Positions 59,723-64,000 of a stretch of DNA of 64,000 bases are shown piece after piece. The stretch is from the NCBI GenBank assembly GCA_947466965.1, contig CANIFU010000002.1, positions 85,081 to 149,080 of the forward strand, read 5' to 3'. The position numbers were made by a program, and so were the translations under genes. Numbering within the stretch: the first letter of the stretch is position 1; each line of letters starts with the position of its first letter. Source of the DNA: Bacteroidota bacterium. Its GTDB lineage: Bacteria > Bacteroidota > Bacteroidia > 2-12-FULL-35-15. The notes under the pieces are model-generated. The model saw only the letters and a program-made list of their open reading frames with translations. It was not told the origin of the DNA and did no database searches.

Positions 59723-59869
59723 ATGAAAAAAACAATTTTCAAGATACTGGCACACATAAACAAAGCGATTCTGCCTAAATATTATCAACGTGACCTTAAA
59801 AACTTGAAGAAATGGGAAATGGCAATTGTTGCTTACAAATACTGGGTAACCATCAATTCAATTGACTGA
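59723..59869 (+). CDS. Small basic protein (48 aa)
   Basis: MKKTIFKILAHINKAILPKYYQRDLKNLKKWEMAIVAYKYWVTINSID. Resembles a small Bacteroidota family as I recall it. TATCTTTA promoter-like motif just upstream. Confidence 0.7.
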   Translation: MKKTIFKILAHINKAILPKYYQRDLKNLKKWEMAIVAYKYWVTINSID

Positions 59870-59971
59870 TCCTATTTTACGATTAAATGCTGTAACCTAG
59901 CGCACTCATTATTTTTTCTGACTTTCTAATTTATTATTACTTATTTAGACTTTATAAATTTAAAAAAACGA

Positions 59972-60139
59972 ATGAAAAAGTATTCGATTTTAATAACTCT
60001 AGCTCTCATCTGTATAAATACTATTGCTCAAACCCAAAATAAAGATGATGACAAAAAATGGGATGTATCCAATCCGAAAGGTACGACGAAGGATATAGAA
60101 TTTACAACAACCGAAAGTGCATAGATGAATCTTGATTTA
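59972..60139 (+). pseudogene. N-terminal stub of a secreted TolB/PD40-propeller amidohydrolase
   Basis: MKKYSILITLALICINTIAQTQNKDDDKKWDVSNPKGTTKDIEFTTTESA*MNLDL. Resembles KWDV...EFTTxEGTWMNLDVSPDG, with the Trp codon replaced by TAG. Confidence 0.65.
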
Positions 60140-60172
60140 CTCTCTTTTACAAAAAAATGCTATACTTGCAAT

Positions 60173-60970
60173 ATGATTAACCTCTTTATGCCTACTTTTA
60201 TTACTGTTCGCTGGATAGATGTACTTGACATTCTTTTGGTTGCAATACTCATATACCAACTCTATCATTTGGTGAAAGGAACCGTTGCAATCAATATTTT
60301 TATAGGCATTATACTTATTTATATTCTCTGGACTATTGTCAGAGTTGCAAATATGCAATTATTTGGTAGTATACTTAGTAAATTCATTGATGTTGGTTTT
60401 ATTGCTCTGCTAATTGTTTTTCAACCTGAACTCAGACGGTTTCTATTATTTTTAGGAACAACAGATCTTTTAAAAAAAGGTAAGATCGGAAAAGGATTGT
60501 TTGACTTTAAATGGAACGTAAGTTCCGTTCAAACACTGGATGTAAATTCGATTGTTAAAGCTTGTAAAAATATGAGTGAAAACAAAACTGGAGCGATCAT
60601 TATTCTTACAAAAGAAAACGATCTCAAATTTTATGCGAATACAGGTGATTCTATTGATGCGAAAGTATCCGTTAGGATGATTGAAAGTATTTTTTATAAG
60701 AATTCGCCACTACACGATGGTGCAATTATTATTTCAAACAATATTATAATAGCTGCCCGATGTGTTTTGCCAGTAACAGAACACGCAGACTTTCCGGCAC
60801 ATTTAGGAATGCGTCATCGTGCTGCTGTTGGAATAACTGAAAACACCGACGCCATTGCAATTGTTGTATCTGAACAAACAGGTGAGATTTCGTATTCTAT
60901 TAAAGGAGAATTAAAGCATGCTTTATCACATGAAAGACTAAAAGAATTGCTTGAAACAGTGGTAAATTAA
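60173..60970 (+). CDS. cdaA: Diadenylate cyclase CdaA (DisA_N/DAC)
   Basis: Three N-terminal TM helices, IVFQPELRRFL, SPLHDGAII, LGMRHRAAVG, VSEQTG. Start uncertain (60173 or 60188). Confidence 0.92.
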   Translation: MINLFMPTFITVRWIDVLDILLVAILIYQLYHLVKGTVAINIFIGIILIYILWTIVRVANMQLFGSILSKFIDVGFIALLIVFQPELRRFLLFLGTTDLLKKGKIGKGLFDFKWNVSSVQTLDVNSIVKACKNMSENKTGAIIILTKENDLKFYANTGDSIDAKVSVRMIESIFYKNSPLHDGAIIISNNIIIAARCVLPVTEHADFPAHLGMRHRAAVGITENTDAIAIVVSEQTGEISYSIKGELKHALSHERLKELLETVVN

Positions 60971-60974
60971 TTCG

Positions 60975-61532
60975 TTATTTCTCTCCATTTTTCTTTTTAA
61001 ATTCCTTAATTAACTGCTCATCTGTTTTACCCAAATTACTGATTGCAGCTTTAGCATCATTACAATATGCGCTTTTAGGAAATTTCTGAATCAATTGTTC
61101 GTAAACAATTTTTGCTTTACCATCTTGATCCAAAAAATTATCAAGCAGTGATGCTTGCAAAAAAAGACTCTCTTGAACTAATTGATATGCAGGGTATTTC
61201 TCAACAATGATTTGATAATAGCCTAAAGCTTGAGGGTACTGCTGAATTGCTGTAGCAATTTCACCCGCCTTAAAAAGATAATCGGGAGTAATAGAATCCT
61301 GAGGATAATTCTTATAATATTCAGAATAAGCATGAAGCGCTATACCGGCTGTTACTTTATCAATCTGAACAGATTTATGCATGTCTTTTTCCAATTGATC
61401 TATCTGTTTAATCAATCTTATTTTGGGATCAGAAACAGCTGTTTTTAATTGCTCTGAAACATCTCCATCATTACTGCAGGAATTAAAGAAAATTAGCAAG
61501 AAAGCTACTAGTATAGTATTTATTTTTTTCAT
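60975..61532 (-). CDS. TPR lipoprotein (CpoB/BamD-like)
   Basis: Lipobox FNS-C; TPR-type helices (YLFKAGEIA...IVEKYP, YEQLIQKFPKS). Start MKKINTIL (61532). Confidence 0.8.
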   Translation of the reverse strand: MKKINTILVAFLLIFFNSCSNDGDVSEQLKTAVSDPKIRLIKQIDQLEKDMHKSVQIDKVTAGIALHAYSEYYKNYPQDSITPDYLFKAGEIATAIQQYPQALGYYQIIVEKYPAYQLVQESLFLQASLLDNFLDQDGKAKIVYEQLIQKFPKSAYCNDAKAAISNLGKTDEQLIKEFKKKNGEK

Positions 61533-61536
61533 TCTT

Positions 61537-62136
61537 TTATTTATCAGGGAAACGCATTTTATAAGAAACATTCACTTTCCCTTTAGAGATATCTGATAGT
61601 TTCCCTTTTAACAAACGTCTTCTCAAGGGACTAATAAGATCAGTAAACAAGCGCCCTTCGATATGATCATACTCATGCTGAATTACACGAGCAGCAATCC
61701 CTTCATATGTTTCTTCAATAAAATTAAAGTCGGTATCGTAATATTGTATTTGAATCTTAGGTTTACGTTTTACATCTTCACGAATTTTCGGGATACTCAA
61801 ACACCCTTCATTAAAAATCCACTCCTCACCTTCTTCATTGGTAATAACTGGATTAATAAATGCTTTTGAAAGATTACCTAATTGTGCGCGTTCTTCAGGT
61901 GAATATTCATCTTCTTCATCATCATTTCTTTCACCATTTACAAAAGGTGTTGTATCCACCAAAAACAAACGGATTGATTTTCCAACTTGAGGAGCAGCTA
62001 TTCCAACACCTGCAGAAGCCCGCATGGTTTCAAACATATCTTTAATTAATTGATCAAGGCCAGGATAGTCTTTTGAGATTTCTACCCCTACTTTTCTTAA
62101 TACGGGATCACCGTATGCAATTATCGGTAATATCAT
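61537..62136 (-). CDS. def: Peptide deformylase
   Basis: GVGIAAPQVG, EGCLSIP, QHEYDHIEG. Confidence 0.97.
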   Translation of the reverse strand: MILPIIAYGDPVLRKVGVEISKDYPGLDQLIKDMFETMRASAGVGIAAPQVGKSIRLFLVDTTPFVNGERNDDEEDEYSPEERAQLGNLSKAFINPVITNEEGEEWIFNEGCLSIPKIREDVKRKPKIQIQYYDTDFNFIEETYEGIAARVIQHEYDHIEGRLFTDLISPLRRRLLKGKLSDISKGKVNVSYKMRFPDK

Positions 62137-62212
62137 TTTTATTTTTTATTGTTATTCGTTATAAACTATTTGAAAAGGAACTTATTTTGCGTGAAAGCAT
62201 TTTCCCGCTTAG

Positions 62213-62626
62213 TCAAAACCTTTTGTTCATATAACTCTGTAAAATAATAGTTGCACTTATTTCATCAACTAATTCTTTATTTTGCCTTGCCTTTTTTTTC
62301 AAACCACTGTCAATCATGGTTTGAAAAGCCATTTTTGAAGTAAAGCGCTCATCCATCCGTTCTACTTTAATTGTCGGAAAGGTTCGCTTCAAATGGATTA
62401 CAAACGGTTCAATAAAACGTGCAGATTCCGAAGGAGCATTGTTCATTTGTTTAGGTTCCCCCACTACAATACATTCCACATCTTCCTTACTGATATATGT
62501 CTTCAGGAAATCAATCAAATCTTTTGAATGAACGGTTGTTAGTCCTGTAGCGATTATCTGTAAAGGATCCGTCACTGCAATTCCAACACGCTTACTTCCA
62601 TAATCAATTGCCATTAACCTTGCCAT
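62213..62626 (-). CDS. ruvX: YqgF/RuvX family nuclease
   Basis: AIDYGSKRVGIAVTD, VVGEP, DERFTS, VDEISATIILQSY. Start MARLMA (62626). Confidence 0.94.
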   Translation of the reverse strand: MARLMAIDYGSKRVGIAVTDPLQIIATGLTTVHSKDLIDFLKTYISKEDVECIVVGEPKQMNNAPSESARFIEPFVIHLKRTFPTIKVERMDERFTSKMAFQTMIDSGLKKKARQNKELVDEISATIILQSYMNKRF

Positions 62627-62742
62627 TGAACAAAAGTAATAAAAAATGTACATGTTTTGAATGCCTTTTTCTGTTTAAGTCCAAAGACGTTAACACTAAA
62701 AAATGAATATATTTGCAAAGCTAAAACACAAAATGAAGCATT

Positions 62743-63549
62743 ATGCAAAAGATTATTGAAGCAGCCTGGGAAAATCGGGAATTATTAAAAGATAATGAAA
62801 CACAAAAAAACATACGTGAAGTAATTGAATTGCTTGATAAAGGAAAATTGCGTGTTGCCGAACCTAACGGATCTGAGTGGCAAGTAAACGAGTGGATAAA
62901 AAAAGCGGTAATCCTTTATTTTCCAATTCAAAAAATGGAAACCATTGAAGTGGGCATTTTTGAATTCCACGATAAAATGAAATTGAAAACGAATTATGCG
63001 GCTTTGGGTGTGCGTGTTGTTCCAAATGCCGTTGCTCGTTATGGGGCATACTTGGCTAAAGGGGTAATTATGATGCCCAGCTATGTGAATATAGGCGCTT
63101 TTGTTGACAGCGGATCAATGGTTGATACATGGGCAACAGTTGGCTCATGCGCACAAATTGGTAAAGACGTACATTTGAGTGGCGGTGTTGGTATTGGAGG
63201 AGTATTGGAACCAGTACAGGCAGCTCCAGTAATCATTGAAGATGGATGTTTTATTGGTTCACGATGTATCGTTGTTGAAGGTGTTCACGTTCAAAAGGAA
63301 GCTGTATTGGGTGCCAATGTCGTATTAACAAAATCAACAAAAATAATTGATGTAACAGGAAGCGAACCTATAGAATACAAAGGATTCGTTCCTTCACGTT
63401 CTGTTGTCATTCCAGGTTCTTATACCAAAAGATTTCCTGCAGGAGATTTTAATGTTCCATGCGCATTGATCATTGGCAGCCGAAAAGAAAGTACTGACTT
63501 AAAAACATCTCTAAATGATGCACTCAGAGAATACGATGTGGCAGTTTAG
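62743..63549 (+). CDS. dapD: Tetrahydrodipicolinate N-succinyltransferase
   Basis: LDKGKLRVAE, WIKKAVILYF, MPSYVNIGA, MVDTWATVGSCAQIG, GGVLEP. Confidence 0.96.
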   Translation: MQKIIEAAWENRELLKDNETQKNIREVIELLDKGKLRVAEPNGSEWQVNEWIKKAVILYFPIQKMETIEVGIFEFHDKMKLKTNYAALGVRVVPNAVARYGAYLAKGVIMMPSYVNIGAFVDSGSMVDTWATVGSCAQIGKDVHLSGGVGIGGVLEPVQAAPVIIEDGCFIGSRCIVVEGVHVQKEAVLGANVVLTKSTKIIDVTGSEPIEYKGFVPSRSVVIPGSYTKRFPAGDFNVPCALIIGSRKESTDLKTSLNDALREYDVAV

Positions 63550-63591
63550 AAACTTAAATAATCAAATAATCTTTAGCTTTAATTTATTCAT

Positions 63592-64000
63592 TTGAAATTT
63601 TTAATCATTCAAACCGCTTTTATTGGTGACGTCATTTTAGCAACTGCTGTTGCAGAAAAGCTCCATAATCGGCATCCTGATGCTCAAATCGATTTTGTTT
63701 TAAGAAAAGGAAACGAAACGCTTCTAATGGATCATCCTTTTATTAAAAATGTTTTTATTTGGGATAAAAAACAAGGGAAAATTAAAAATTTACTTTCTAT
63801 TATTCATCAAATAAGAGGGCATAAATATGATTCAGTGATCAACCTTCATCGTTTTGCCAGTTCAGGTTTTATTGCAGCATTTTCAGACGCACAAGAGATT
63901 ATTGGATTCGATAAAAACCCTCTTTCTTTTTTATTTTCAAAAAAAATAAAACATGAGATCGGAAATGGAAAACATGAAGTTGAACGCAACCAGCAACTCA
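63592..64000 (+). CDS. Glycosyltransferase family 9 (heptosyltransferase-like), runs off the window
   Basis: TTG start, then KFLIIQTAFIGDVILAT...IDFVLRKGNE...HPFI...YDSVINLHRFASSG. Confidence 0.87.
   Translation, partial: MKFLIIQTAFIGDVILATAVAEKLHNRHPDAQIDFVLRKGNETLLMDHPFIKNVFIWDKKQGKIKNLLSIIHQIRGHKYDSVINLHRFASSGFIAAFSDAQEIIGFDKNPLSFLFSKKIKHEIGNGKHEVERNQQL

Noticed and set aside
59941-59961. Third Fur-like box (TTATTTAGACTTTATAAAT)
   Set aside because: Half-site spacing is 2 bp shorter than in the other two boxes, and the context is very AT-rich.
3008-63049. The many 60-130 aa antisense or overlapping ORFs in the ORF track
   Set aside because: They lie within well-supported genes on another frame or strand and show no protein-like motifs; treated as shadow ORFs.

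Overview
AT-rich chromosomal window from a Bacteroidota genome, inferred from TAnnTTTG promoters, A-rich SD-less starts, T9SS C-terminal sorting domains and a Cys-type CcmE. It is mostly housekeeping genes: clpC (partial), gyrA, smpB, rarA, kdsA/kdsC, yebC, rnz, pyrB/pyrR, rpsA, folD, ffh, bshB1, ccmBCDEF, maf, sucC, rpmE, cdaA, def, ruvX and dapD. It also carries T9SS cargo, an MntR-MntH unit and two PP2C/SpoIIE signalling proteins. A XerCD dif-like site at 6961-6988 suggests the replication terminus. I saw no rRNA, tRNA, CRISPR array, transposase, integrase or reverse transcriptase. The most unusual signals are non-coding or small: (1) an in-frame pyrR'/TPR-phosphatase chimeric junction, probably a tandem-duplication scar, in front of an orphan DUF1566-like lipoprotein; (2) a structured leader with a Met/Cys-rich uORF before a PAS-PP2C gene; (3) a LuxR + porin + Tat-Rieske module with Fur-like boxes, split by a ~315-bp almost C-free repeat tract; (4) several 'empty' palindromic elements; (5) a pseudogene stub in frame with cdaA. 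Family assignments come from motif recognition by eye; no database searches were run.
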